From Candidatus Babeliales bacterium (GTDB lineage Bacteria; Babelota; Babeliae; Babelales; JANWKD01): a stretch of 64,000 nucleotides of DNA. The notes below the pieces were generated by a model that ran no database searches, had not been told where the DNA came from, and saw nothing but the letters and a program-made list of their open reading frames with translations. This document shows, piece by piece, positions 40,605-51,675 of this stretch; the stretch's first letter is position 1, and every line of letters starts with the position of its first letter. The translations under genes and the position numbers were made by a program. The DNA is taken from positions 352,001-416,000 of the forward strand of contig CAVXJH010000003.1 of the NCBI GenBank assembly GCA_963762115.1, given 5' to 3'.

Positions 40605-41951
40605 TTAACAAACAACTTGTTTTTCAGCAATTGCTTTCTTATGTGTTTTAGCAAGATACAATGCCGCATAAAGCCAAACACCTACCATGCCAAGTGAAGC
40701 AAGCGTTGAAAAAAGTATGAATGACTCTACCGTCATAAAACGTTTAAGCGCATTGATACCTGATCCAACAGCTTTTGATCCACGCGAACCAAACATTTCC
40801 ATAAACGCTTTAACTTTATATTTAGTTTCTGGCGTGGTTGGAATATATAACTGTTCTTTTGATGGTTGGTTAAGTGCATAGTTAAGGCCTTTGCAACATA
40901 CCATAATCCAGAATGCAATAGTCAATGTTGATGCTGATGCAAGTACTAAAGCAGCTACACCAACAATCACTGGCATCACGACCAAAGCAACTGAAAGCCC
41001 TAATTTGCGGCCAATATTATTTACACCAAGTAAAACGCATATCCAAGCAACAACATTAGTATACACACCAAATTTACCCATATAGGCAGTATACGCATTA
41101 GCACCCGTAATTTCTAATGAAGCATAATATTTAAGATAAAAATCAAAAATAGTTACAATAATTTCAAATAAGGTAATTACCGCAAATATGCCTAAAAGAT
41201 ATGGTTGAGAAAAAAACAACTTCATATCACTATAAAAGCTTGTCTTTTCTTTTGGCTTTGAATGTGCGCCTGTTGCTTGATAACCCGCTAACTGATCTTT
41301 TGGTGTTACGCGAACGAAATACCAAACCATTGCAGCAATACCAAGTGTAGCCATACTTGCTGTTATCAAAAGCGTTGGAACGCCTAATCTTTCTGCTTGC
41401 GTTGCAACCAAAAGAGGCCCTAAAATGCCACCCGTTTGTGCACCAAAGGCAATAATCGCATAACCCTTTTTTGCAGCATCAGGTGTTGTTGTATCTGCAG
41501 CAAAAGCCCAGAAAAGAGCAACCATGATAGAACCAAAGCTTTCAACAAAAACATATGATGTCCAACCAATTAACCGACCCAAAAGATCTGGGTGGCCCAA
41601 TTGAGGCATAGTTTTATGAATACCAAGATCAGGATGCAACATACACAGTGCAAGTCCTAATGCAATAAGTGCATACACAACACTCAACGCATAAAAAACA
41701 CGTTGGCGAGGAAATGCATCAACTAATTTTGAATAAAGAATAATCAGAGGAATCACCACCGCCAAAGAAACCCATTTAGCATAGGGAATGAACTCAGCAC
41801 CAACATAGGCATTGAATACACCATCCTTAATAGGCCTTAAAAGCCAATAAACTCCAATAGTAAAACAAAAAATCCCTGCGAGTAGAGAAAACTTTTTAAG
41901 TTCCTCTTTAGTAAATTCGCCCCACCAAGTTTTGATAGTTGAACTCTGCAT
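40605..41951 (-). CDS. Npt1/Npt2 (TLC ATP/ADP translocase-like) nucleotide transporter
   Basis: LLRPIKDG, FWAFAAD, PSKEQLYIPT, KYKVKAFMEMFGSRGSK. Confidence 0.88.
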   Translation of the reverse strand: MQSSTIKTWWGEFTKEELKKFSLLAGIFCFTIGVYWLLRPIKDGVFNAYVGAEFIPYAKWVSLAVVIPLIILYSKLVDAFPRQRVFYALSVVYALIALGLALCMLHPDLGIHKTMPQLGHPDLLGRLIGWTSYVFVESFGSIMVALFWAFAADTTTPDAAKKGYAIIAFGAQTGGILGPLLVATQAERLGVPTLLITASMATLGIAAMVWYFVRVTPKDQLAGYQATGAHSKPKEKTSFYSDMKLFFSQPYLLGIFAVITLFEIIVTIFDFYLKYYASLEITGANAYTAYMGKFGVYTNVVAWICVLLGVNNIGRKLGLSVALVVMPVIVGVAALVLASASTLTIAFWIMVCCKGLNYALNQPSKEQLYIPTTPETKYKVKAFMEMFGSRGSKAVGSGINALKRFMTVESFILFSTLASLGMVGVWLYAALYLAKTHKKAIAEKQVVC

Positions 41952-42346
41952 ATGATCCTCATAAAAATTTGTTAAAAATACTTATACTCCGATCCCACTA
42001 TAACAAAAGATTAATAATTTGTAAAAAAAATCCTCTTACAATTTAAGGATCAATTACTTATTTTTACAAAATGTATCTTTTTTGATTATTATTGCACGTT
42101 GGCATGCACCTCCTTACCCTTTTTTTATATATTTTTCTGGTTCATTATTCTTAAAAGCCCCGTAAAAGCTAAAGTTTACTAATTCTTAGCTCTTTGGTAA
42201 ACTTTGTTCTAAGGTTTATCTTAAAGCCTTCCGTATATCAAGGTATGTAATCATACAAAACACCTTAAATTAAATGTACCATTATAACTACTAGAAATAG
42301 CACAGCGTTTTTTTATACAAATTGACTGGAGGTAGGGTTAAACACT

Positions 42347-44815
42347 ATGAATCAAGATGACATTAAGCACATACAAGAAGAACACGTACCAGAACAAGAA
42401 ACATATTTGGCTTTATTACCATTAAAAAATGTTATTATTTTGCCCAAAAGCATACTGCCAATAATTGTTGGAAGAACTAACTCTATCCAGGCAGTGGAAT
42501 ATGCTCTGAAGCATGATAAATCAATCTTTATATCCACGCAAAAAGATTCATCAATAGAAAATCCCACCGACAAGGATGTATTTCAAATAGGAATTAGGGC
42601 GACTATTCTCCAGGTTATGCGCATGCCAAATGGCGCCTTGAAAATATTGGTTGAAGGAATTTGCCGCGCTCAAATTATCAAAGTTGATACCTCTCATGCC
42701 TTTATTAGTGTTACCATTCGTGACCTTGAAACAAAAAATCTAAAAAAGAGCGTTGAAATCGAAGCATTATGGCGTCATTTAAAAGAACAATATGAAAATT
42801 ATGCCAAAATTAATGAAAAAATTCCTCTCGATTTAATGACTTTAGCAAACACGGCTGAAGATATGGATTCAATTGCCGACACCATTGCCGTACATATCAA
42901 CCTTTCTTTTGATGAACGGCAAGCAATACTTGAAACGCCCGACTTAAAAGAACGGCTCATCAAATTAACGGCACTTATAAAAAAAGAAATTGAAATTGTC
43001 CAAACAGAACAACGCATTAAAGGCCGCATACAAAGTCAAGTTGAAAAAAGCCAACGTGAATACTATCTCACCGAACAAATCAAAGCTATCAATAAAGAAT
43101 TAGGTCGCGAAGATCAAAGTATTGAAATTGCACAGATAAAAGGCAAAATTAAAAACTTAGGTCTTTCACCTGAGGCTATGGAAAAAGTTGAAAAAGAATT
43201 AAAACGACTTGAACAAATGCCTCCCTTTTCATCAGAAGCTGTTGTTTCACGTAATTATATTGATTGGATAATTTCCATTCCTTGGAAAAAACAAAGTAAA
43301 GATACAATCAGTCTCGAACAAGCTGAAAAAATTCTTAACAAGCAACATGCCGGCCTCAACAAGCCAAAAGAACGCATTATTGAGTTTATTGCCGCCAAAA
43401 AATTTGCAAAAACTATGGAACGCTCACCTATTATTTGCTTGGTGGGCCCTCCAGGAGTTGGTAAAACTTCACTTGGGCAATCGATTGCAAAAAGCTTAGG
43501 AAGAGAATTTGTCAGAATTTCGCTTGGTGGCATTAAAGATGAAGCGGAAATCCGTGGTCATCGCAGAACCTATATTGGCGCCTTACCAGGAAAAATTATT
43601 CATGCCATGAAAAAAGCAAAAACAGTTAACCCTCTTATTTTGCTTGATGAAATTGACAAAATTTCTCGCGACATGCATGGCGATCCATCTTCGGCATTAC
43701 TAGAGGTCTTGGATCCAGAACAAAATTTCACTTTTGTTGATCATTTTCTTGATGTTGAGTATGACCTTTCCAAAGTTATGTTCATTGCTACAGCAAATAT
43801 GATTGAAGGAATTCCTTACCCACTCTTTGACCGTATGGAAATTATCTCTCTTTCCGGTTACACAGAACAAGAGAAACTCGATATTGGACGTCACTTCTTA
43901 ATTCCTAAAGCATTAAAAGAATATCATTTAACCAAAGCACAGTTCCGCCTTCCTGATGATATGTTGCAAAAAGTAATTAGTGAACACACCAAAGAAGCTG
44001 GTGTACGTCAACTTGAACGAGTTATTACGAAATTAATGCGTAAAGCAATCCAAAGTCTTTTGAAAAATCCTAAACAATCAACTATCATTATTAATAATGA
44101 GCTCATTCAAGAATGGCTTGGTTATGCTAAATTTAAAAAAACATCGCTTGATCTTAATAAGGAACGCATTGGTTTAGCAACTGGTCTTGCTTGGACTGAA
44201 GTTGGCGGTGATGTGTTAGAAATTGAAGCAACGGTTTTACCAGGCAAGGGTGGTCTCACGCTGACGGGTCAACTTGGCGAGGTTATGCAAGAATCAGCAT
44301 ATGCTGCATTAAGTTATATTCGTTCACGCGCCCATGAATTAGGATTAAAAGATTCATTTTATGCTTCGAAAGATCTTCATATTCATATCCCTGAAGGCGC
44401 AACACCAAAAGATGGCCCTTCTGCAGGCATTACCATTTGCACAGCCCTTATTTCAGCTCTTACCAAAAATCCTACACGAGCAGATCTTGCTATGACAGGT
44501 GAAATTACCTTGCGCGGTCGCGTATTTTCTGTTGGCGGATTAAAAGAAAAACTTCTGGCTGCAAAACAACATGAAATGAAAACAGTGTTAGTACCAAAAG
44601 AAAATGCTGATGATATTGCTGAAATTTTGCAAGAAACTGAACTTGGTTTGAATATTGTTTATGTTGAATCAATGGATGAAGTGTTGAAATATGCACTTCA
44701 AAATGATCCTTTTATAAAAAAAGAAAAAAATAACAAGAATGGTAAAAAAACCTCAAAGAAAAAAGCTGCTCCTAAAAAAGAAAAATCAAAAAAGAAAAAG
44801 AATACACAAGAATAA
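42347..44815 (+). CDS. lon: ATP-dependent Lon protease
   Basis: [38 protein letters not shown]. Confidence 0.98.
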   Translation: MNQDDIKHIQEEHVPEQETYLALLPLKNVIILPKSILPIIVGRTNSIQAVEYALKHDKSIFISTQKDSSIENPTDKDVFQIGIRATILQVMRMPNGALKILVEGICRAQIIKVDTSHAFISVTIRDLETKNLKKSVEIEALWRHLKEQYENYAKINEKIPLDLMTLANTAEDMDSIADTIAVHINLSFDERQAILETPDLKERLIKLTALIKKEIEIVQTEQRIKGRIQSQVEKSQREYYLTEQIKAINKELGREDQSIEIAQIKGKIKNLGLSPEAMEKVEKELKRLEQMPPFSSEAVVSRNYIDWIISIPWKKQSKDTISLEQAEKILNKQHAGLNKPKERIIEFIAAKKFAKTMERSPIICLVGPPGVGKTSLGQSIAKSLGREFVRISLGGIKDEAEIRGHRRTYIGALPGKIIHAMKKAKTVNPLILLDEIDKISRDMHGDPSSALLEVLDPEQNFTFVDHFLDVEYDLSKVMFIATANMIEGIPYPLFDRMEIISLSGYTEQEKLDIGRHFLIPKALKEYHLTKAQFRLPDDMLQKVISEHTKEAGVRQLERVITKLMRKAIQSLLKNPKQSTIIINNELIQEWLGYAKFKKTSLDLNKERIGLATGLAWTEVGGDVLEIEATVLPGKGGLTLTGQLGEVMQESAYAALSYIRSRAHELGLKDSFYASKDLHIHIPEGATPKDGPSAGITICTALISALTKNPTRADLAMTGEITLRGRVFSVGGLKEKLLAAKQHEMKTVLVPKENADDIAEILQETELGLNIVYVESMDEVLKYALQNDPFIKKEKNNKNGKKTSKKKAAPKKEKSKKKKNTQE

Positions 44816-44835
44816 GTATTTTTTACAGCAATCTC

Positions 44836-44868
44836 AAAAGAGGCCGGTTATTATGACCGGCCTCTTTT
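44836..44868 (+). terminator. Rho-independent terminator after lon
   Basis: aaaagaggccggt / accggcctctttt. Confidence 0.88.
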
Positions 44869-44982
44869 CATAAATAAAGTATGCGTTAAATTTATTTTCA
44901 TTCGAACAAATATAACGTATACTTTATTTGTTTAAAATAAATTAATTTTCAAAAAAAGTTACAAATAAAAGAAATAATCAAC

Positions 44983-46773
44983 ATGAAGTTCTTATCATTT
45001 TTTTTATCGATCACACTCTTTTTTTCAAACAACTGTATGAATCATAAAAAAAAACAATTGGTCACTATCTTTGATATTCATGGAAAATTTTTCCAAAAAA
45101 ATAGTGATGATGTAAAAAATGTCATGCCAACCCCCTACACAATGGAACTCTATGCTAAAGAAACAGAGGAAAAAGTCTACACAATTAATCTTACAGAAAA
45201 TACAAGTAGGACAAGTCAATTATTAACCAAAGAAAAATTAAAATCTATGTTTTCTCTTTATGATATTTTAAAAACAAAACCAAAAACGCTAAATCGTCAA
45301 CAACGGAAAACTCTTGAGTCAGCAAATGATTTCTTTATACTAGGCGATTATTTTGGTACTGAAGATTCAGCAATAAATCATCTCAAATTTTTAATATCGC
45401 ACTATTGTAAACCGGAAGATTTAAGTCCTCGATTAGATCAAAGCACATATCGCTATTCAACGTTAGAATTGTTTGAACAAGGCTTAATAACAAAAGATGA
45501 TGTTTTGCCACCGTTTAATGAACAAAATAATACCCTTGGCATTGATTTAGCTAATTTTAATATGAATTTTAATGAATTTATGGCATGCATCCCTTTTTTG
45601 GCAAAAGCAGAAAAAAATCCCGAAGACCTAAAATTGAATGATCAACAGGAATTAATTTATGAAGTACCTATAAATCATCAAGGTGAAACAATATTAACCA
45701 GATCGATAAAACCATACGAAAGCTATAAAAAATTTAGAGATGCAAAGATTATTGCAAATCGTCACTTTAATCTTACATACTTTAATTTTAGCAAACTTAC
45801 TATACACACCTTAGAAGAACTATCTCAATTCATCAAAAAATTACAGTCACATCCGGCTACTTGCTTAAATATGTCAAGTTTAAATATTCGATCGCTGGAG
45901 GAACTTGATAAACTAATAAATCATATGCAATTTACAAAGGAAGAATTAGGTAAAATAATATCAATTAATCTCAATAACAATCATCTTGAAAAATTACCGC
46001 CTTTATTTTACAAGGGATGGCGCGCCACAGCAATTTTCCCCAACCTTAAAAAGGTTACCGCAAAAAATAATCACCTAACTGAAGTAACTATACAAACTGA
46101 TCCTGATTTTCGCTGCGGCAAAATGCTTCTTGCATTAAAAAACATACACCTTAATCTTGCTCATAATCAATTAAGAAGATTACCACGTATTATTGAACAT
46201 ACATCACATGCTTGTGGAAATCGTACTATGCAAAAAAAACAATTCGCTCATTTTGCATCACTTAATTTAAAAGATAATCCCCTTTCGCTAAAAACTCGTT
46301 CACTTATTCGTAGCCCACAAAATACATTCGCACATTTTATACAAAAAGCAGCATTCTATTCAATAGCACATTTTTTATATCATAACGGTCCAATTGCCAA
46401 ATTTTTCTTACTAAACGATATTTCACATAGTGGAACGATAATCATAGCCAATAGATTCTGGAAAAAATATAAAAATCATCTTGTGCCAAATGATCCTTAC
46501 AATCAACAGTCAGCGACATCATTGTTTTGCATGACACGCCTTGGAAGCATCATCACTCCCTATTTTCTCTTTTTTTTGAGTCGTTATTGTAATTCAAAAA
46601 AAATACCTACTAACATACAATTTGATCGAAAAAATCGTTGTTTAGAAATATCAGAAGATGCATTCGCTCTTTTATATCAATCATGTAAAGATGTACATCA
46701 AGATACAAACACTTTTCACAGAATGTATAGAATCTGGAATACAATAAATGTACCAACCCATGTTTTACAATAA
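44983..46773 (+). CDS. Secreted LRR-containing protein, paralogue 1 (BTB/SKP1-like N-terminus possible)
   Basis: Signal peptide; INLNNNHLEKLP, LNLAHNQLRRLP, LNLKDNPL; hydrophobic C-terminal segments. Confidence 0.75.
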   Translation: MKFLSFFLSITLFFSNNCMNHKKKQLVTIFDIHGKFFQKNSDDVKNVMPTPYTMELYAKETEEKVYTINLTENTSRTSQLLTKEKLKSMFSLYDILKTKPKTLNRQQRKTLESANDFFILGDYFGTEDSAINHLKFLISHYCKPEDLSPRLDQSTYRYSTLELFEQGLITKDDVLPPFNEQNNTLGIDLANFNMNFNEFMACIPFLAKAEKNPEDLKLNDQQELIYEVPINHQGETILTRSIKPYESYKKFRDAKIIANRHFNLTYFNFSKLTIHTLEELSQFIKKLQSHPATCLNMSSLNIRSLEELDKLINHMQFTKEELGKIISINLNNNHLEKLPPLFYKGWRATAIFPNLKKVTAKNNHLTEVTIQTDPDFRCGKMLLALKNIHLNLAHNQLRRLPRIIEHTSHACGNRTMQKKQFAHFASLNLKDNPLSLKTRSLIRSPQNTFAHFIQKAAFYSIAHFLYHNGPIAKFFLLNDISHSGTIIIANRFWKKYKNHLVPNDPYNQQSATSLFCMTRLGSIITPYFLFFLSRYCNSKKIPTNIQFDRKNRCLEISEDAFALLYQSCKDVHQDTNTFHRMYRIWNTINVPTHVLQ

Positions 46774-47235
46774 TTGTCTCCGAATTGTATAAATACTTTT
46801 TCACAGGATTTTTTATATGTTATTTTTCCATATATTTTTCTTTTCGATCATACTATGCTTTTCAAGCAATTGCATGAATCATAAAAAAAAACAATTGGTC
46901 ACTATCTTTGATATTCATGGAAAATTTTTCCAAAAAAATAGTGATGATGTAAAAAATGTCATGACAACCCCCTACACAATGGAACTCTATGCTAAAGAAA
47001 CAGAGGAAAAAGTCTACACAATTAATCTTACAGAAAATACAAGTCGAACAAGTCAATTATTAACCAGAGAAAAATTAAAATCTATGTTTTCTCTTTATGA
47101 TATTTTAAAAACAAAACCAAAAACGCTAAATCGTCAACAACGAAAAACTCTTGAGTCAGCAAATGATTTCTTTATACTAGGCGATTATTTTGGTACTGAA
47201 GATTCAGCAATAAATCATCTCAAATTTTTAATATC
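45037..47235 (+). repeat. 362-bp direct repeat (45037-45398 and 46874-47235) shared by the two LRR paralogues
   Basis: Manual alignment, 5 mismatches counted. Confidence 0.95.
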
Positions 47236-48613
47236 CCGCTATGGTAAGCCAGAAGAATTAAGTCCTCAGTTAGACCCAAGCTCATATCGCTATTCTGCAT
47301 TGGAACTCTTTGAACAAGGTTTCTTAACAAAAGATGATGTTCTGCCACCTTTTGATGAAACAGATCACTTACTCGGGATTGATTTTACACAATTAAATAT
47401 CACCTTTGGTGAATTTTTAGTTTATTTTAATTTGTTAAATATTAAATCACTAACAACTAATAATAACGGAGAAATATTAGGCATAGTTGGTGACTACTAT
47501 AAAATCCCTGTCGCTGCAGAAGTAAAATCCAAATTTTTAGATTCAAAACTTTGTACATTTGAACCTAATATCGGCTATTGTTTTAATCTTCCTGCTATTA
47601 ACATTACTACTCCCAATGCCTTAGAAAAATTTATTAATACCTTAAAGAACCATCCGGCAACATGCTTAAATCTTTCAAACCTAAATATAAACTCATACGA
47701 AGAAATTTTTAAACATCTTGCCTTAACCTCTGAAGAAAAATTACGCATACTTACCATCAATTTGAATCGTAATAACCTAAAAACTCTGTCCTGCTTGTCA
47801 TTACTTAACAAATTTTGGAATCTTCAATTCATAAAGGCAAAATATAACAATATTAATTCTTTAGATGAAAAAATAAATGAGTGGTATAACTGGAGTAGCT
47901 ATGAAATTTTAAAAAATATACACGTTAATAGTGCTCATAATAACATTCAACGATTACCACGCGCATTAAAATATTTCAGATCAAAATGTGGACCATGCAA
48001 CTGGCGAAACGATAAAGAAAAAATACAATTCGCCTCACTTAATCTCACCCAAAATCCCCTTTCAGCACAAACTCGTTTGATTATTCGCAATACTAATGAA
48101 CAATCAAAAACCCTTTTAGTTCTCAAAAAAATTGCTCTCTGTTATACAGCTTACTCATTTTTCACTCTGTATGGGTATAACATGCTTCACATAAGCACTT
48201 TTTTGCAATTTTTAAAAACAGAATGTATAGATCATAAAGATGAACCTTTACTACAAAAAATTGATCGTTTTATATGGCCAATTTCAATACCGGCAACAAT
48301 ATTAGCAATGCCCCTTGGATGGGTTAATTTTTATTTTAATAATCCAAGTATCCTTCATGGCAACTACATAAACTATTTACTTATGCTTGTTGGCCTTTTT
48401 GGTAAAAAACATAGAACAAATTTTTTCAAAATACCTTCGTTACCACATAAATACCCAATAAAAATTGATGAAAATGAATCAATATATTACAGAATGGAAG
48501 AATATTTAGCAGAAATATACGATGCCCTTTTTAGAATATACCGCATCGAAGGACCTTTCTACAGCATGAATACCCTTTGGAAAAAAATCATCAAATTAGG
48601 AAGATGCACTTAA
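46817..48613 (+). CDS. Secreted LRR-containing protein, paralogue 2
   Basis: Near-identical N-terminal ~120 aa to paralogue 1; INLNRNNLKTL, AHNNIQRLP, LNLTQNPL; C-terminal hydrophobic segments. Confidence 0.75.
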   Translation: MLFFHIFFFSIILCFSSNCMNHKKKQLVTIFDIHGKFFQKNSDDVKNVMTTPYTMELYAKETEEKVYTINLTENTSRTSQLLTREKLKSMFSLYDILKTKPKTLNRQQRKTLESANDFFILGDYFGTEDSAINHLKFLISRYGKPEELSPQLDPSSYRYSALELFEQGFLTKDDVLPPFDETDHLLGIDFTQLNITFGEFLVYFNLLNIKSLTTNNNGEILGIVGDYYKIPVAAEVKSKFLDSKLCTFEPNIGYCFNLPAINITTPNALEKFINTLKNHPATCLNLSNLNINSYEEIFKHLALTSEEKLRILTINLNRNNLKTLSCLSLLNKFWNLQFIKAKYNNINSLDEKINEWYNWSSYEILKNIHVNSAHNNIQRLPRALKYFRSKCGPCNWRNDKEKIQFASLNLTQNPLSAQTRLIIRNTNEQSKTLLVLKKIALCYTAYSFFTLYGYNMLHISTFLQFLKTECIDHKDEPLLQKIDRFIWPISIPATILAMPLGWVNFYFNNPSILHGNYINYLLMLVGLFGKKHRTNFFKIPSLPHKYPIKIDENESIYYRMEEYLAEIYDALFRIYRIEGPFYSMNTLWKKIIKLGRCT

Positions 48614-48736
48614 GCAATAAAGTATTTTTATCAAATTAAGTAAATATACAATCAAAACTTGCAATTTCATAATTTTTTTTATTACATTAACAGCAGGTTT
48701 GGTGTTTAATCTATAATCTCACAAAGGAGAATTAGT

Positions 48737-49117
48737 ATGAAAAAATTATTACTTACCTTACTATGTGCTGGTGGCATAGTAGGCCTTCCTGGCTGTGGTG
48801 GCTGCTGTCGCCAAACATGCGAAGCACCTTGCGATCGCAATATGGACGAATGCTATGAAGAAGTTATGCCTGATGGTGGTGTTAAAAGAGTCTGTTCTAA
48901 TGGACAAGAAGTAACCGTGTATGAACACAATAGATCAGAAGGCAAAAGCAAAAATTACCGCCCAATACATCCTGCAATTGACGGAAAACAAATGAAATTC
49001 TGTGATAGCGCCGTTGAAGAAATGATCACTGAAGAAATGCCCGCACAAAAAAAATCAAGCCGCGCACGCAAACCTGCACGTAAAGAAATGATTGAAGATG
49101 ATATGATGATGGAATAA
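48737..49117 (+). CDS. Small cysteine-rich lipoprotein
   Basis: SD aaggag; MKKLLLTLL...LPGC lipobox-like followed by GGCCRQTCEAPCDR. Confidence 0.75.
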   Translation: MKKLLLTLLCAGGIVGLPGCGGCCRQTCEAPCDRNMDECYEEVMPDGGVKRVCSNGQEVTVYEHNRSEGKSKNYRPIHPAIDGKQMKFCDSAVEEMITEEMPAQKKSSRARKPARKEMIEDDMMME

Positions 49118-49142
49118 ATCATCTCATAATAATCAAGAAATT

Positions 49143-49175
49143 AAAAAGAGGAAGCAATTAAGCTTCCTCTTTTTT
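49143..49175. terminator. Bidirectional terminator overlapping the cmk stop
   Basis: aaaaagaggaagc / gcttcctcttttt. Confidence 0.75.
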
Positions 49176-49841
49176 TTGCAAAATATACTGACAAACAATT
49201 TCTTCAGTTTGCTCTAAAGTAAGATGTGATGTATCAACAACTATTGCACCTTCTGGAATCACAAGAGGTGCATACTCTCGTTCAGAATCATTTTTATCTC
49301 TTTGCTGTTCTGCTACAACTGCTTGTTCAAGACTAACACGATTCCCTTGTTTTTCTTGATCAGATTGCCAACGCTTTGCTCGAACAAATAAGTCTGCTGT
49401 TATATAGAATTTACATTCTGCTTGTGGAAATACAAGAGAACCACAATCGCGACCATCAACAGAAAAATTATCATATTGTTGCACAAGAATTCGCTCAAAA
49501 TCCATTAATGCCATTCTGGCTTGCTTATTATTTCCCAACGCGCAAGAAGCTTTATCAATTTCTGCAGTCTTTAAAAATAAAGTAATATTTTCATTATCAA
49601 GCAAAACGGTCATATCACCTGTTTTCACGTCATAGCAATAACACAATCTCATTAAGCAAGACAAAAAATCTTGATAACTATGTAATGCATCCAAACTTAC
49701 ATTCATACGATGCAATAAGCAAAAAGCCAACCCACGATACAACATGCCGCTATTTAAATAATAATAACCCAACTTCTTGGCAACATTTTTTGCAAGGCTT
49801 GACTTGCCACTTGCGCTCGGACCATCAAACGTAATAATCAT
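49158..49841 (-). CDS. cmk: Cytidylate kinase
   Basis: ITFDGPSASGKS, SGMLYR, DGRDCGSLVFP.A..KFY, RD..D..R..APL. Confidence 0.95.
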   Translation of the reverse strand: MIITFDGPSASGKSSLAKNVAKKLGYYYLNSGMLYRGLAFCLLHRMNVSLDALHSYQDFLSCLMRLCYCYDVKTGDMTVLLDNENITLFLKTAEIDKASCALGNNKQARMALMDFERILVQQYDNFSVDGRDCGSLVFPQAECKFYITADLFVRAKRWQSDQEKQGNRVSLEQAVVAEQQRDKNDSEREYAPLVIPEGAIVVDTSHLTLEQTEEIVCQYILQKKEEA

Positions 49842-51577
49842 AGTACTCCTGACTTAGTTGCAATATCTAACCCCAACAACTCAAGGGAAACTTTATCATT
49901 CCAATGATTTTCAGTAACCTGCACCGCTACATCAAATGAATGTTGTTCTTGTTCATATTGCATTAACAATTCAAATAATTCTGGTCGATTAAAAAAGATA
50001 AGGGGCTTTATAACACCATCAGAAAAGATTGAACATTTAACATGATTATCTTTTAATAAATGAGGTTTTTGCACAAGAGAAACATTCTGCACATAAAAGA
50101 CAGGCTGAGCATTTTCATTGCCAAAAGGTTGTAAATATTCTAAATCTTTCATAAATTTTATCGAAACATCAGACAATCTAATCTCAGCATCCAAATGCAT
50201 TTTTTGTTTTAAATCATCAGCCGTTAATGTTGCCTTAATTTTTTTCTCAAGATGCTCTTTGAGCAACGGCACCTTATCAATAGATAATGAAAGCCCTGCT
50301 GCAACAGAATGTCCTCCAAAAGTGTTTAACAAATCACGAGCTTCATGTAAGGCATCAAACATATTAAAAGCAGCAATTGAACGACATGATCCTTTTGCGA
50401 TGCCATCTTTGGTGAGATGTAAAAGAATAGTCGGTCTTCCATACGCTGAAACCAATCGCGATGCAACAAGCCCAATAACGCCCGGAGGCCATGATTTGCT
50501 GGCGGCAATAATACAATTTTCCTGACTAAGATCAATACTCTTATTTTCAATCTGTGCAACAACTTCAACAAAAATCGCACGCTCAATTTCTTTCCGCACT
50601 TGATTCAATTCATATAAAACACGACCGACAGTTACGACTTCTTGTTCATCAGTTCCTATAAGAAATTTTACTCCTTGGCGTGGATCTTCCAATCTGCCCA
50701 GAGCATTAATTTGTGGCGCAAGCGAAAAACCAATATCAAGCGAAGATAACGTCGGTTTTGTTACCTTGCCATTTTGCTTGAGCACACGTAATGAAAAGCT
50801 TTCTAACCCATTGACATACTGTAATCCATGCCTGACCCAATAACGATTTTCACCCGTTAGCGGTACAACGTCAGCAACAGTCCCCAACAAAAGAAGTTCA
50901 TACGCCTTGGAAGGCATTTTTAACCCAAGCTTTTCATATAACAAACTCAGAATTTTAAAACCAACACCAACCCCAGCAAATTTTTTATAAGGGTAAGGAC
51001 AATCTATTTGATGTGGATTAATAATGGCAAAAGCATCAGGAACATGATCATGAGGGCGATGGTGATCGGTAATAATAAGATCAATGCCCAATTTTTTTGC
51101 TAATGCAGCCGGTTCAAATGCCGTAATACCATTATCAACAGTCATAATAACTTTATAATCATTGTCAGCAGCTCGCTGAACAACTTTAGTAGAAAGACCA
51201 TACCCATCATGCACACGATGCGGTAAGAAAAAATTAATGAGAGCACCGAGCGGAACCAAACAAATCATCATCAGCGCTGATGACGTTATGCCGTCAACAT
51301 CATAATCTCCCGCAATTAATATTTTTTGTTTATTATTAATCGCATAGAGAATTCTATCAACTGCTCGCTCAGCGTCTTTGAGCAATCGAGGATCACCTAC
51401 ATGCTCTGATGAAGTAAAAAGATAATCATTAATTTGTTCTTTGGTCACATAACCACGAGCAACTACTGTTTGCGCAATTGGTAAAGAAAGATTATACGTT
51501 GCAGCAATATCAAGCGCTTGTTGTTGATTGACGTCTGCAAAACTCCATAAATATTTTGCGCCCTGAATTGTTCTCAT
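49838..51577 (-). CDS. recJ: ssDNA exonuclease RecJ
   Basis: GDYDVDG, TVDNG, TDHH, GTVADVVPL, APQINALGRL, GSCRS, GGHSVAAG. Confidence 0.97.
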   Translation of the reverse strand: MRTIQGAKYLWSFADVNQQQALDIAATYNLSLPIAQTVVARGYVTKEQINDYLFTSSEHVGDPRLLKDAERAVDRILYAINNKQKILIAGDYDVDGITSSALMMICLVPLGALINFFLPHRVHDGYGLSTKVVQRAADNDYKVIMTVDNGITAFEPAALAKKLGIDLIITDHHRPHDHVPDAFAIINPHQIDCPYPYKKFAGVGVGFKILSLLYEKLGLKMPSKAYELLLLGTVADVVPLTGENRYWVRHGLQYVNGLESFSLRVLKQNGKVTKPTLSSLDIGFSLAPQINALGRLEDPRQGVKFLIGTDEQEVVTVGRVLYELNQVRKEIERAIFVEVVAQIENKSIDLSQENCIIAASKSWPPGVIGLVASRLVSAYGRPTILLHLTKDGIAKGSCRSIAAFNMFDALHEARDLLNTFGGHSVAAGLSLSIDKVPLLKEHLEKKIKATLTADDLKQKMHLDAEIRLSDVSIKFMKDLEYLQPFGNENAQPVFYVQNVSLVQKPHLLKDNHVKCSIFSDGVIKPLIFFNRPELFELLMQYEQEQHSFDVAVQVTENHWNDKVSLELLGLDIATKSGVL

Positions 51578-51675
51578 GTACCCGTTGTTTCATATAAGTT
51601 TTTTAGTATGCTTAGTTATATATTTAGTCTACTACGAACAAAAAAGAGTTCAACAAACATTGCCTCTTTGCATCC

